A program made the translations under genes and the position numbers. Shown here piece by piece: positions 43,907-53,734 of a stretch of DNA of 64,000 nucleotides (the first letter of the stretch is position 1; the number at the start of each line of letters is the position of its first letter). The DNA comes from a virus (lineage: Duplodnaviria > Heunggongvirae > Uroviricota > Caudoviricetes): IMG/VR virus record IMGVR_UViG_3300042691_025398, positions 55,814 through 119,813 of that record. One strand, written 5' to 3'. The notes beneath the pieces were generated by a model. It had not been told where the DNA came from and did not search any database. It saw nothing but the letters and a program-made list of their open reading frames with translations.

Positions 43907-44932
43907 TTATTTCCAAATAGGCTGACCGTCGGCACCTTTTAACTGAGCCTTCCAGTTGTCCTGTACCAATTTTACTACACTATTTGGCAAATGTACATAC
44001 TCAAGTTCTTCACTCATCTTGCTGCCATTTTTAAATGACCAATCAAAGAATTTAAGAATAGCACGACCTGTTACAGCATCCGCTTGCTGACGGTGCATGA
44101 TGATGAAACTTGCACCTGTGGCTGGCCAAGCATCTTTACCTGTTTGCCAAGTTAGCAATTGATAAAAGCCAGGAGCATTTGCCCAATCAGCACCTGCTGC
44201 TGCGGCTTTAAATGTACTGTCATCTGGTTGTACAAAGTTACCATCACGATTTTTCAATTGTGCATGGGCAATTTTGTTTTTCTTAGCGTAGGCATATTCA
44301 ATGTAACCAAACGCACCTTTGATACGCTGCACCTGTGCAGCAACACCTTCGTTGCCTTTACCGCCTACACCAGTTGGCCATTTAACTGCTGTGCCTTCGC
44401 CAACTGCTTTTTGAAAATCAGCATTGGCCTTGCTCAAATAGTTGGTCCAAATGAATGTAGTACCTGAACCATCTGCACGATGTACCACAGTGATATTCAA
44501 AGCAGGAAGACTCACACCAGGATTTAGATCTGCTATTGCACGATCATTCCATTTTGTAATTTTACCAAGGTGAATGTTGGCAATCACGTCACTGGTTAGT
44601 TTAAGTTGCCCTGCCTCGATTCCTTCAAGATTCACTACAGGCACAACGCCTCCAATGATAGCTGGGAACTGCATCAAGCCTTCTTTGTCTAGTTCTTCAA
44701 TTTTCAATGGCATGTCTGATGCGCCAAAGTCCACGGTCTTGGCCTTGATTTGACGAATACCACCACCTGATCCAATTGATTGATAATTCAGGCCAATGCC
44801 TGTGGCTGCTTTATATGATTCAGCCCATTTTGAATAGATAGGATAGGGGAAAGTTGCACCTGCTCCAGTTAAATCAGCAGCTGATGCTGAAATAGCCAAA
44901 GAAGTTGCCAATAGTGCGAGTAATTTTTTCAT
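43907..44932 (-). CDS. pstS: Periplasmic phosphate-binding protein PstS
   Basis: Signal peptide, then GAGATFPYPIYSKWAESY...GSGGGI PstS signature. Confidence 0.85.
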   Translation of the reverse strand: MKKLLALLATSLAISASAADLTGAGATFPYPIYSKWAESYKAATGIGLNYQSIGSGGGIRQIKAKTVDFGASDMPLKIEELDKEGLMQFPAIIGGVVPVVNLEGIEAGQLKLTSDVIANIHLGKITKWNDRAIADLNPGVSLPALNITVVHRADGSGTTFIWTNYLSKANADFQKAVGEGTAVKWPTGVGGKGNEGVAAQVQRIKGAFGYIEYAYAKKNKIAHAQLKNRDGNFVQPDDSTFKAAAAGADWANAPGFYQLLTWQTGKDAWPATGASFIIMHRQQADAVTGRAILKFFDWSFKNGSKMSEELEYVHLPNSVVKLVQDNWKAQLKGADGQPIWK

Positions 44933-45003
44933 ACTGTAATCTCCAATTTATGTGCAATGCACAATATATTTAAACACAGAAGTATTACAGCAGTGTTACA
45001 AAT

Positions 45004-46002
45004 TTAATGTAATTTCACCAAATTATTGCGGAAAATTTCCCAAGCAGATTCCCAGCTCCATCTGTGACTACCTTGCCATACCTGATGCCTATCCAACATG
45101 AAAGCATCTTTTACTGCTTGTTTTAGGTCAGTGTTCATACAGCCAGTGATGCCCTCATCAATCACATCTTCTGGTCCTTGACAAGGAAACGCTGCCACTG
45201 GTGTTCCACAGGCCATGGCTTCTATCATGACAATGCCAAAGGTTTCCCATTGACTAGGAAACACAAACACATCGGCATTGGCATAATATTTGGCCAAGTC
45301 AATACCAGTTTTGTATCCTGTAAAATGCACTTCGGGATACTGTTTACGATAGGTCTCCAGCATGGGGCCATCACCTACCATGATTTTTTTGTAGCCTCTA
45401 TAATCAAGCTCAAAAAATCTTTCAAGATTTTTTTCCTTGCTCACACGACTTACACACAACAGATAAGGTTCGTGTGAGCTATTTCTATGCCCTGGATGAA
45501 AAATCTCACGATCTACACCGCGTGTCCATGAAATAATTTCGCCATCAAAACCATGTTCCTTCAATTCTTTAACCATGGTGTCTGTGGTAGTTAAAACCTT
45601 ACCCGAGTGTTTGTGAAACCATCGCACTAAAGGCCAAGTAACTGCTTCAGGGATACCAAACAGTTTTCTAAGTCCTTCTGGAAACTTAGTATGATAAGCA
45701 GTGTTGTACCTATAATTGTGTTTGTCAAGATATTGTCTAACACGCAGACCCAAAGGACCTTCGGTGGCGATATGGATATGATCCGGATTGATCTCCTCAA
45801 GTATCTCGCCCACTTTCCTGGGAAAGGCAATCTTGACTTCGTTGTAGCCAGGGCAACTAACATAGCTGAACCGCCCGGGATCAAGATATACAACACGATA
45901 GTTGTCCCGAACCGCAAGCGTCTCAATATTCTTATAGGTCGTAACCACACCATTGATCTGCTCCGGTAAATTGTCTGTGACTATTAAAATTGTTTTTTGC
46001 AT
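45004..46002 (-). CDS. Glycosyltransferase family 1 (GT4-like)
   Basis: C-terminal E-x7-E type region FPSQWETFGIVMIEAMACGTPVAA. Confidence 0.75.
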   Translation of the reverse strand: MQKTILIVTDNLPEQINGVVTTYKNIETLAVRDNYRVVYLDPGRFSYVSCPGYNEVKIAFPRKVGEILEEINPDHIHIATEGPLGLRVRQYLDKHNYRYNTAYHTKFPEGLRKLFGIPEAVTWPLVRWFHKHSGKVLTTTDTMVKELKEHGFDGEIISWTRGVDREIFHPGHRNSSHEPYLLCVSRVSKEKNLERFFELDYRGYKKIMVGDGPMLETYRKQYPEVHFTGYKTGIDLAKYYANADVFVFPSQWETFGIVMIEAMACGTPVAAFPCQGPEDVIDEGITGCMNTDLKQAVKDAFMLDRHQVWQGSHRWSWESAWEIFRNNLVKLH

Positions 46003-46098
46003 TCTGCTACCACCTTAAAGGATTCAAATTTTACCCAATATGCGAGACTGCTTTTTGCACGTTCGCATGCCTGCTGAGTTTCAAACTCCATTTGCACC

Positions 46099-46932
46099 CT
46101 AGCCGGAATGTCTTTTGGATCGTTTAGGTGCACTGCTATCAATATCATCAACCACACTGTCGCTCTCCTGAGTCCAGCTTATGATTTCCCACGTCCCATT
46201 GTGATGTTCAACCAAGGCTGTGCAACTTTCAACCCAGTCACCATCGTTCATATATGTAACACCGTCTATTTCTTTGATTTCAGCATGATGTATGTGTCCG
46301 CATATCACGCCGTCAAAGCCACGCTTCTTACAATATGCGGCTAGATTTCGTTCAAACTGGAATATAAAGTCTATTGCTCTTTTGACTCTATGCTTGAGGA
46401 AAAAAGAAAGGCTCCAATAGCCAAAACCAAGCCTATGGCGCAACCAATTAAATCTGCTGTTAAGGCCAAGAATGAAATCGTATGCTTTATCTCCTAATAT
46501 ACTAAGCCAAGGCGCCAGTCTTGTAATACCATCAAACAAGTCACCGTGGGTAACCAGATAATGTTTGCCATCTGCTCCAATGTGTTCGCATTGGTTGGTC
46601 ATTTCTATCATGCCAAAGTTTAGATTGTAATTTAAAAATGGTCTTAGAAATTCATCATGGTTGCCTAGAACGTAAATCACTCGAGTGTCTCGTTTGGCAT
46701 GTCCTAGTACACGGCGCACCACATTGGTATGACTCTGTTTCCAACGCCATTTGTTCTGCTTGATTTTCCAAGCATCGATGATGTCGCCCACGAGATACAA
46801 TGTTTGGCAGGAGTTGTGTTTGAGAAAATTGTTGAGTTGTTCAGCCTTGCAGTCCTTGGTACCTAGGTGAACGTCGGATATAAAAATTGTGCGATAGGTT
46901 TTCATTTTATTTTTATTTAAACACAGTAACAT
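46099..46932 (-). CDS. Calcineurin-like metallophosphoesterase (LpxH-like)
   Basis: ISDVHLG ... LVGDIIDAW ... GNHD ... GHIH motifs. Confidence 0.6.
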   Translation of the reverse strand: MLLCLNKNKMKTYRTIFISDVHLGTKDCKAEQLNNFLKHNSCQTLYLVGDIIDAWKIKQNKWRWKQSHTNVVRRVLGHAKRDTRVIYVLGNHDEFLRPFLNYNLNFGMIEMTNQCEHIGADGKHYLVTHGDLFDGITRLAPWLSILGDKAYDFILGLNSRFNWLRHRLGFGYWSLSFFLKHRVKRAIDFIFQFERNLAAYCKKRGFDGVICGHIHHAEIKEIDGVTYMNDGDWVESCTALVEHHNGTWEIISWTQESDSVVDDIDSSAPKRSKRHSG

Positions 46933-46965
46933 TACAATCCTATTACAATTTTGAAAATATTTTCA

Positions 46966-47290
46966 TGAAAAAGCCCGCCGAAGCGGGCTTACTATTTTGG
47001 GTGACAAGGCATAGTTGCCTCGGAGGTTAGGCTGCTAGAGCGAAAACCTCGTCGTTAGCTGCGTTTGCAGTTACTATTTTGCTTGGATTACGTCCATCGC
47101 CTTTCGTGTTGCCTTCTCTACTATCTCACCCTGTCGAAACCTTGACTGGCCCATCAAAAGCATACTTGGAAGATTTATTAACCGCTGACTCTTACTCTTC
47201 CCCAGCGTCACTATAGTATGCTTTTGGTGGACCAGGCGGGAGTCGAACCCGCGTCCAGAATGCCTTCGCTTTGAAGGAATTACAACAATA
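46966..47290 (-). ncRNA. ssrA: Circularly permuted (two-piece) tmRNA
   Basis: The tRNA-like 3' end GGACGCGGGTTCGACTCCCGCCTGGTCCACCA (reverse complement of 47225-47260) lies upstream of the coding piece. The coding piece starts GGGCCAGTCAAGGTTTCGACAGGG at about 47153 and carries the tag reading frame ..GCAAACGCAGCTAACGACGAGGTTTTCGCTCTAGCAGCCTAA (ANAANDEVFALAA*). A terminator hairpin lies at 46968-46990. The 5' boundary is approximate. Confidence 0.7.
46968..46990 (-). terminator. Rho-independent terminator of tmRNA
   Basis: aagcccgcttcggcgggctt hairpin plus U-run on the minus strand. Confidence 0.6.
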
Positions 47291-47648
47291 CTTGAATTTT
47301 ACATTTATTTTTGCAGCATGTCAAATTACTCAACCTAGTATTAATCTTCATCTATTTTATGATGGTAAGTTTCATACCATAGTGCAAATAACACACCAAG
47401 CAAGCATCCCGTAAATATGGATCCTAAAAGAACTCCAATGATAAAATACAATTGTTCTGTGCCCATTGTTATTTTTCTACCAATCTTTGTTCACAACGAG
47501 CTTGAATTTTATCTTCTCTGTGATGAATCAATACTGGCAGTATTTCTTCACATTCTTCTCTGCGAGCAAAAGATTTCCAATCACGCCATTCGCCATCTGC
47601 TGCTACTAAAACAACAAGAACCCAGACGTATGATCCCACATAAGTTTC

Positions 47649-48233
47649 CTAAAATGCTGCGTGTATTCTTGCTAGTATTGTGTCCACCACTTGACTACTC
47701 AACACCACTTCATAATGATTAAAAGGCAGCTCAAGTAATTCTATATCTGATCTTTGACGCATGCTTTTGATAGTGACCACGCCATCATTTGGTTCTTTGA
47801 TCCAGGGACTTTCACCCGCTGTGGTTACTATTTGCGTCCAGTTTTTTGGCGAAGCAATTTGTCTAGCGTCTACCATGGGCATGCTCATGGTACCAATATC
47901 TTTCATTAACCTATTAAACGGTAAAAAATATTTAGCAAAATCTGCTTGTTCGCTGCCACCATAAGGTGTGCTTAGACTTACGCCGCCTCGTGTGGTTTCT
48001 TTATAGTAGTCTGCTAGATATAAACTGTAGATGCCACCCAGGCTGTGGCTGATAAAGAACAAACGTTCTGCATCATCAAGACGGCCCTTCATTAGGGCTA
48101 GATTGTTGTCAAAGCCGTTGTCACTGCGGTACTCAAGCATGATGTCAGGTTCCTCAAATTCATCCCTGACAAATTGCCTTATGAAGCTGAAGCTTTCAGC
48201 TGTGGCACTGGCTCCGTGTATGTAAACAATCAT
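47649..48233 (-). CDS. Alpha/beta-hydrolase (lipase/esterase-like)
   Basis: GxSxG nucleophile elbow ISHSLGG. 194 aa. Confidence 0.55.
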   Translation of the reverse strand: MIVYIHGASATAESFSFIRQFVRDEFEEPDIMLEYRSDNGFDNNLALMKGRLDDAERLFFISHSLGGIYSLYLADYYKETTRGGVSLSTPYGGSEQADFAKYFLPFNRLMKDIGTMSMPMVDARQIASPKNWTQIVTTAGESPWIKEPNDGVVTIKSMRQRSDIELLELPFNHYEVVLSSQVVDTILARIHAAF

Positions 48234-48236
48234 GAC

Positions 48237-48464
48237 TCACTTGGCACCTTTATTGTTATTGGAGTTGGTGTTGTTTTTTTCCAGTTCTTCTTTGGCATAG
48301 TAACGCATGCTGGTTTCATCATAGGGGTTGATACGCCAGCCCCAGGATTTCCAATATTTTGAAATCAGGTTATTGATTATAAGAACAGCGCCAACAAGCA
48401 CTATACTGCTGATAGCCAGCAGTATTGAAGAAGCTAAAAAAACAGCAGTTTGATCCATGTTCAT
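48237..48464 (-). CDS. Small membrane protein
   Basis: 75 aa with one hydrophobic helix. Confidence 0.3.
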   Translation of the reverse strand: MNMDQTAVFLASSILLAISSIVLVGAVLIINNLISKYWKSWGWRINPYDETSMRYYAKEELEKNNTNSNNNKGAK

Positions 48465-48622
48465 CTGGTTATGCCTTTTGTGAATAATTTATTTAAGAGA
48501 AAAGTATGATATTATCTGTCGTTACGCAACACAATCCAGGCGATTATTTTACATGTAAAATAACCACCCACTGCTGTGATCAAGAGTGCTATTGGGCCTT
48601 TGAAAATAGATACCAATTCCAT

Positions 48623-49093
48623 TCAATATTTAATCTCGGGCAGGCTGTACAACACAAAGTTGTGCACCACCGGATTGTATCTAATCTTGAACACACAAAC
48701 ACCTGGTTCGTCTAGGTATCCATAAGTGCGTTTTACGCCACCGGACTTCAAACGATACACAGAATAATGATCTAAATCCGCCAAAGGCTCGTTATCCAAT
48801 TCCACACGTTCCACTATCACAGCACTTTCATGATCTGATCTTTCAAGAATTTCTATTCCAATCTGTGAGATTGATCTGGGGTCATGTTCAAAATCAAAAC
48901 GTTCTGTGTCTATGTTGACTTTTTCTCGATAGACATAGTCTCCGAGAATCAACCATTTGACGTTCTCGGGGGTGCCCTTATATTTTACGTAAAACGAAAG
49001 TTTTTGCAAGTTTTTTGGCTTGGACATATTGATCATAAACCTCTTGTTGTTCACGCAACATGCGCTCGGCCTCTTGGCCATCTCTATCACCAA
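48623..49093 (-). CDS. Hypothetical protein (start uncertain because it overlaps the upstream gene)
   Basis: 156 aa ORF. Overlaps the end of the B12-radical-SAM gene by about 115 nt, so an internal start is likely. Confidence 0.3.
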   Translation of the reverse strand: MVIEMAKRPSACCVNNKRFMINMSKPKNLQKLSFYVKYKGTPENVKWLILGDYVYREKVNIDTERFDFEHDPRSISQIGIEILERSDHESAVIVERVELDNEPLADLDHYSVYRLKSGGVKRTYGYLDEPGVCVFKIRYNPVVHNFVLYSLPEIKY

Positions 49094-50525
49094 AGCCCAA
49101 TTCGTGCTGTAGCTCTAGAAATCTTTTATATCTATTGAATCGAGTTTGATAGTTGTTGTCTGGATTGGTTGGAGTGTTCCAAAAGATATGACTCCATCCC
49201 TTGACCACATGCTCTCGCTCAAATTGATAATGATCACGCAGTCGATCGTCATTGGTCAGTGGCACTTGATCGCCTAGAGTGAACGGACTGGATATGCTCA
49301 CACTCAACAGTCCATCATGTGCCCAATGCCGATATCGGCGCAGTAGATCCAGTGTTTGTTCAAAATCTTGTTCAGTCTCCATGGGATAGCCGGCCATGAA
49401 CAACCAAATTTGCTTTATACCATTGTCATGTAACTGATGTGCAGTATAATCAATGTCAGCGTTGCTGAATTTTTTACGCATGTCATAGCGCACACGCTCG
49501 CTTCCGCTCTCAACTCCAATTATCCATTCCTGACATCCAGCTTCAGCCGCAAGAGCAAAATCTCTAGGCGGTTGATTTTCTCGTCCGCGAAAGATAGCGT
49601 AGCCACTGTAACGCAAGGTTCTTGGCAAATGATCAGCCAGATATTGATTCATTTTACGATAGTTTGGTATACTACCGTTTATCAAGTTACCGCTGAATCT
49701 AAAAAAGTCAATGCCTGTGCGTTCATGGCTTGCAATCATCTCTTTGGCCAGCAGTTCTCCGTCTTTGAATATGTACTTGGGCCATAGATGTTCCACATCG
49801 CAAAATGTACAGCGACGTACACAACCTTTGCTGTCAGTGATCAAGAGATACCTGTCACCAGGATTGAATCTTTGGTAAAGATCAAAATCATAATTGTGCC
49901 AGTCTGGAATAGGCACTGCATTGAGATCCGCGGAAGTCTGCGGAGGTGAATCAACCAGTCCATACATGTCCTGTTTAATCACATCAATGATAAAGCTTTC
50001 AGCATCGCCTGTAACCGCACAGTCAATCATGCCGCGTTCTACCAACCAACGAGCTCTTGAACCTGTGGCGTGTGTATCACCGGTGTACTCACCTTGAGTC
50101 AAGATTTCTAGACCACGGCCACCTGCTAGAATCTTCACACCAGGCAACCAACGTCTAATGCTATAACACATGAGTGTGAGATAGGTTTCACTCATGACAC
50201 TGAACACACTTAGACCAATCACTTCTGGATCAAACCGATCTCGGATGGCCAGCAGTTGTTTACGGTTCCATTTTAAAATGTCTATGAGTACTCTTCTTGG
50301 CAGCTTGCGTTCATTGCTGGGACCTTGACTGATATAAAACAGCAGTTCAGGCCAGTATGGTTTATCAATAAATTCCGCAGTGAATTCTGCCGCAAGGTCT
50401 ACTGGCACAGCAGCAATGCCTGCTTGATTAAGACAGGAACTGAGCAGTGCAGGAGCAGTGGCTGGCCAACCCGGAGTCTGATATGGCAAGCTGACTATTA
50501 CAATGTGTCGCTTGTCACTGGTCAT
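48978..50525 (-). CDS. Cobalamin-binding-domain radical SAM enzyme (class B-like)
   Basis: N-terminal Rossmann-like B12-binding region (HIVIVSLPYQ...) and radical SAM CX3CX2C (GCVRRCTFCDV). 515 aa. Confidence 0.6.
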   Translation of the reverse strand: MTSDKRHIVIVSLPYQTPGWPATAPALLSSCLNQAGIAAVPVDLAAEFTAEFIDKPYWPELLFYISQGPSNERKLPRRVLIDILKWNRKQLLAIRDRFDPEVIGLSVFSVMSETYLTLMCYSIRRWLPGVKILAGGRGLEILTQGEYTGDTHATGSRARWLVERGMIDCAVTGDAESFIIDVIKQDMYGLVDSPPQTSADLNAVPIPDWHNYDFDLYQRFNPGDRYLLITDSKGCVRRCTFCDVEHLWPKYIFKDGELLAKEMIASHERTGIDFFRFSGNLINGSIPNYRKMNQYLADHLPRTLRYSGYAIFRGRENQPPRDFALAAEAGCQEWIIGVESGSERVRYDMRKKFSNADIDYTAHQLHDNGIKQIWLFMAGYPMETEQDFEQTLDLLRRYRHWAHDGLLSVSISSPFTLGDQVPLTNDDRLRDHYQFEREHVVKGWSHIFWNTPTNPDNNYQTRFNRYKRFLELQHELGFGDRDGQEAERMLREQQEVYDQYVQAKKLAKTFVLRKI

Positions 50526-51468
50526 GGTTTAAATGGTAAACTAATGTGTAAAAATCAAAAACATTGCCTTCGGTTGTGGCAGCGAAAGGAGACTGTAAAC
50601 GAGTCAAGTGATGTTTGCGTAGTGAGTAATCAAAGTCCTGCATCACAGCATCAAACCAAGCCTGATTCGGGCAGCCCACTCTGATTAGTGTGTCTGTAGC
50701 ATGATAGGCTTTCCAAGACACCTGTGTGTTTTCCTGCCACCAATAAACCAGAGGATCCAAACTATGCACAATGTTTTGCGGGCACCAGTTTTGTATGATT
50801 ACAGCAGTTGGACGATGGTGCGTGACTGCTCTCATGATACCATAATGATCAGTAACAATGTTCATGATTGCTGGCAGTATCACAGTGTCAATGTCCGTAC
50901 ATAATTGTTGAGTGTGTGATAGGTCATTGATATCACTTTTTATAGTTTGAAAACGCTTTTTATCCGGATCAATTAGAGAACACATTTCCTGCGCTATACC
51001 CAATCCAGATTCTTTAACATCTGTCAAGGTCACCCACGATGCTCCGTGGTGCAAGCACAGCGCACCAAACAATCCTATGTGTGTGGCAAAATCAATCACT
51101 GACTTGTTCTGTATTGCATCAAGATTATCTAGAATTGCTAATTGTAATCTCGTACGGTCAAAATCGTCCAGCTGCCAAGTACTATCACTTTCAAATTGAT
51201 CAAACGGAATATCTAGATCCAACCAATGATCCGCGCTGAAGTTATGCATGGTCATGCATTCTTGTTTGATAAAATCTGGCAGCAGATCAAAGTCTTTGGG
51301 TTGGTTGCAATCGGGCCAAGATTGGTCACGTATGTTTGCATAACTGCGCTGCCAACTTAGAATATTACGTTGGTCATACACAGGATCTTTGCCCACATTA
51401 TTGCGTTCTAACAAATAGGCTTTGCGAGCTGCGTATTCGTAGATTTTCAAATCAAACATATTTTGCAT
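50515..51468 (-). CDS. Class I SAM-dependent methyltransferase-like protein
   Basis: Motif I-like VIDFATHIGLFGA followed by an acidic residue (LTDV). Translationally coupled to the B12-radical-SAM gene. Confidence 0.45.
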   Translation of the reverse strand: MQNMFDLKIYEYAARKAYLLERNNVGKDPVYDQRNILSWQRSYANIRDQSWPDCNQPKDFDLLPDFIKQECMTMHNFSADHWLDLDIPFDQFESDSTWQLDDFDRTRLQLAILDNLDAIQNKSVIDFATHIGLFGALCLHHGASWVTLTDVKESGLGIAQEMCSLIDPDKKRFQTIKSDINDLSHTQQLCTDIDTVILPAIMNIVTDHYGIMRAVTHHRPTAVIIQNWCPQNIVHSLDPLVYWWQENTQVSWKAYHATDTLIRVGCPNQAWFDAVMQDFDYSLRKHHLTRLQSPFAATTEGNVFDFYTLVYHLNHDQ

Positions 51469-51508
51469 GTGGACTATTTACTGTACCACATGCGCAGATA
51501 GAAATTTG

Positions 51509-51832
51509 CTATCGGCCAGCAGAATGTGGTTTAAGATCTTGTCCCACCTGCACTAGACAGAACTGCTCGTCGTTCCACTTTTCAATTAAACTGTAGGATC
51601 CGGTATTTTTATTAGCAAACAAAATTGACTGCACCATGACTTCTTGATTGTCTATCCTACGCAAAGCAGTCATCTGCAACATGGGTTGCTCATGATAACT
51701 GGATAACATGGCATTTATAGAGTCCCAATTTGAACAATTGGTCAAAGTTGTCACAGTGAAAATTTCTTGTGCCTGCACAGATAGAGCCGCAAACAGTACC
51801 GCCGCGCCTAGGATTTTCATGATGGGTTCCAA
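51509..51832 (-). CDS. Small secreted protein
   Basis: Signal peptide MKILGAAVLFAALSVQA. Confidence 0.35.
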   Translation of the reverse strand: MEPIMKILGAAVLFAALSVQAQEIFTVTTLTNCSNWDSINAMLSSYHEQPMLQMTALRRIDNQEVMVQSILFANKNTGSYSLIEKWNDEQFCLVQVGQDLKPHSAGR

Positions 51833-51889
51833 AATTATATTTATAGGTACCCAAGAAAAAAGGCTGTGTCACTAAGGACACAGCCCGGT

Positions 51890-52453
51890 TCAACTTACAC
51901 CATGATTTCCATTTTGAAAACCCACTGACCCACCTTCTGCTTCTATACGTTTGATCACATCTTCAAACAGGATAGGGGCAAAGTCTGTTTGTTCTACGCA
52001 GACGCAATGATATCTAACGTCAACTGCACCATCTTTCATAACTCTGTTAGCATGAAGATGACCGTGTATGTTGGTACCAAAGCGACCCAGACTTTCTTCG
52101 TGTATGGGAATATGACTTAGTATCATTCCGTTCATAACATGGTATGCACGTAGTTCACGGAAGTGCTCTCTATATTCTGTGTCACGAAAGATATCGTGGT
52201 TACCACGTATCAGCACCTTGTCGCCGTTTAAACGAGAAAGTGTGGACAGAGCTCTGCGGTTGATAACAACATCACCTAGGTGATAGACTTTGTCGTTAGG
52301 CCGAACACGTTCGTTCCAAGCCTTGACCATAAACTCGTCCATCTCCTCGGGGTCGTCCCAAGGTCGCAGTTTTGTCACACCATCGTTGCGCATGAAGCGG
52401 CAAACGCCAGCGTGACCAAAATGCGTGTCACTGACTAAAAACACTGCTGGCAT
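51890..52453 (-). CDS. Calcineurin-like metallophosphoesterase
   Basis: FLVSDTHFGH ... HLGDV ... GNHD motifs. Confidence 0.65.
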   Translation of the reverse strand: MPAVFLVSDTHFGHAGVCRFMRNDGVTKLRPWDDPEEMDEFMVKAWNERVRPNDKVYHLGDVVINRRALSTLSRLNGDKVLIRGNHDIFRDTEYREHFRELRAYHVMNGMILSHIPIHEESLGRFGTNIHGHLHANRVMKDGAVDVRYHCVCVEQTDFAPILFEDVIKRIEAEGGSVGFQNGNHGVS

Positions 52454-52471
52454 CTGGTTCTCCTTGTAATA

Positions 52472-52897
52472 TTATGCTACTGACAATTCAGTAGCTGGGT
52501 AAGTAATCTTACCTTCGTACTCCAATTGACTACGTTCAAACTCAGTTAGGTAATCATCTGCTACTACTTCCCAACCAATAGCAGTCTCACGGAAGTAATC
52601 GTTGTCGCACTCGATCTTGGGTTTGACTTCTGCTAGTATCTTAAGAGCATTCTGGAAGTCAGCCTCGGTCTTCCATGAAATGTTCTTGACCACGTAGTCG
52701 TTGCCACCTTTGGCCTTCCAGTAGGCGTCATCGCCCTTGCCGATAGTGCCGTCTTCGCGCCATGCGTAGTTTTCGTAGACTTGGGTTGTAATCAGCAGTT
52801 TAGACATTGTCGACTCCTTGTTATTCACTATACTTGTATTATATAGAATTGAGAATAATTGGTCAACCAAAAAAGTTGCTAGAATTGCAATTAGCAA
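52472..52897 (-). CDS. Hypothetical protein
   Basis: 141 aa. Confidence 0.3.
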   Translation of the reverse strand: MLIAILATFLVDQLFSILYNTSIVNNKESTMSKLLITTQVYENYAWREDGTIGKGDDAYWKAKGGNDYVVKNISWKTEADFQNALKILAEVKPKIECDNDYFRETAIGWEVVADDYLTEFERSQLEYEGKITYPATELSVA

Positions 52898-52908
52898 ATC
52901 TGCAACAA

Positions 52909-53322
52909 TCAGTTGTCAAGCGTCAGAGCTTGCAGCATGCGGTTCTTGACCAAGAGATTGGGCGCTCTATATCCTTCAGTATCTTGAAAGCCCATGATCA
53001 CGCCAACTTCGCAAACAGCTCCACTGCGACAAACTCCAGCATGACAGTGCACAATCACGTTCATGCTTTGATCCAAGGCATGCTTCAAAAGTTTTACCAA
53101 CTGATTGGCCTGAAGCTCGCTGCATCGCCACTCCTCGTTGATGCTGTAATCATTGGCTTCGATGTCAAGAAAACAAAACTGATGTGTTTCACGAAACTGA
53201 TACTTGGGCGTTGGGAATTCCACTCCAGGATCCACGATTTGAATCAACATGCTGTTTATGCCAGCATCGTAGTGCCAACCTTGTTGAATTTCCTTTAATG
53301 ATATGTTTTGAATCCAGGGCAT
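52909..53322 (-). CDS. Dual-specificity/tyrosine protein phosphatase (CX5R)
   Basis: VIVHCHAGVCRSGA P-loop. Confidence 0.75.
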   Translation of the reverse strand: MPWIQNISLKEIQQGWHYDAGINSMLIQIVDPGVEFPTPKYQFRETHQFCFLDIEANDYSINEEWRCSELQANQLVKLLKHALDQSMNVIVHCHAGVCRSGAVCEVGVIMGFQDTEGYRAPNLLVKNRMLQALTLDN

Positions 53323-53547
53323 GACGCTTCCTTAAAATAATGAAATTCACGAGCAGTGATTAAAAAAAATCTGCATATGATCTTGGTTATCTGTTGTTAT
53401 AATCTTGATACATACTAGTGCAGTATGTTAATTTTAATCAAGGAGAACTAACATGGCATGGACTACACCAGCAGCTCAAGATATGCGTTTTGGTTTTGAA
53501 ATCACAATGTACATCGCAAATCGTTAATATTGAAAATGTAAAAAAGA

Positions 53548-53572
53548 AAGCCCGCACCGTGCGGGCTTTTTT
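53548..53572. terminator. Bidirectional terminator at the distal end of the tRNA array
   Basis: gcccgcaccgtgcgggc hairpin flanked by A-runs and T-runs. Confidence 0.55.
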
Positions 53573-53574
53573 AT

Positions 53575-53652
53575 TGGTACCCCCTCTCCGATTCGAACGG
53601 AGAAAACTGCTCCTTTTGAGAGAGCCGACTTTACCAATTTGTCCAAGGGGGC
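53575..53652 (-). tRNA. tRNA, anticodon CAA but short variable arm (atypical), CCA encoded
   Basis: Cloverleaf. Acceptor GCCCCCT/AGGGGGT. Anticodon stem GCTCT/GGAGC. Loop CTCAAAA. T-loop TTCGAAT. Confidence 0.55.
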
Positions 53653-53654
53653 AT

Positions 53655-53733
53655 TGGTCTCTCTGGCTGGATTCGAACCAGCGATCTCTGGTCCCCCAGA
53701 CCAGCACTCTAGACCAGACTGAGCCACAGAGAG
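53655..53733 (-). tRNA. tRNA-Pro (GGG)
   Basis: Anticodon stem CTGGT/ACCAG. Loop CTGGGGG. T-loop TTCGAAT. CCA encoded. Confidence 0.6.
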
Positions 53734-53734
53734 A

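Noticed and set aside
46966-47290. Standard one-piece tmRNA
   Set aside because: The CCA/T-arm segment is upstream of the tag reading frame in the transcript direction, not downstream. Only the permuted two-piece arrangement fits.
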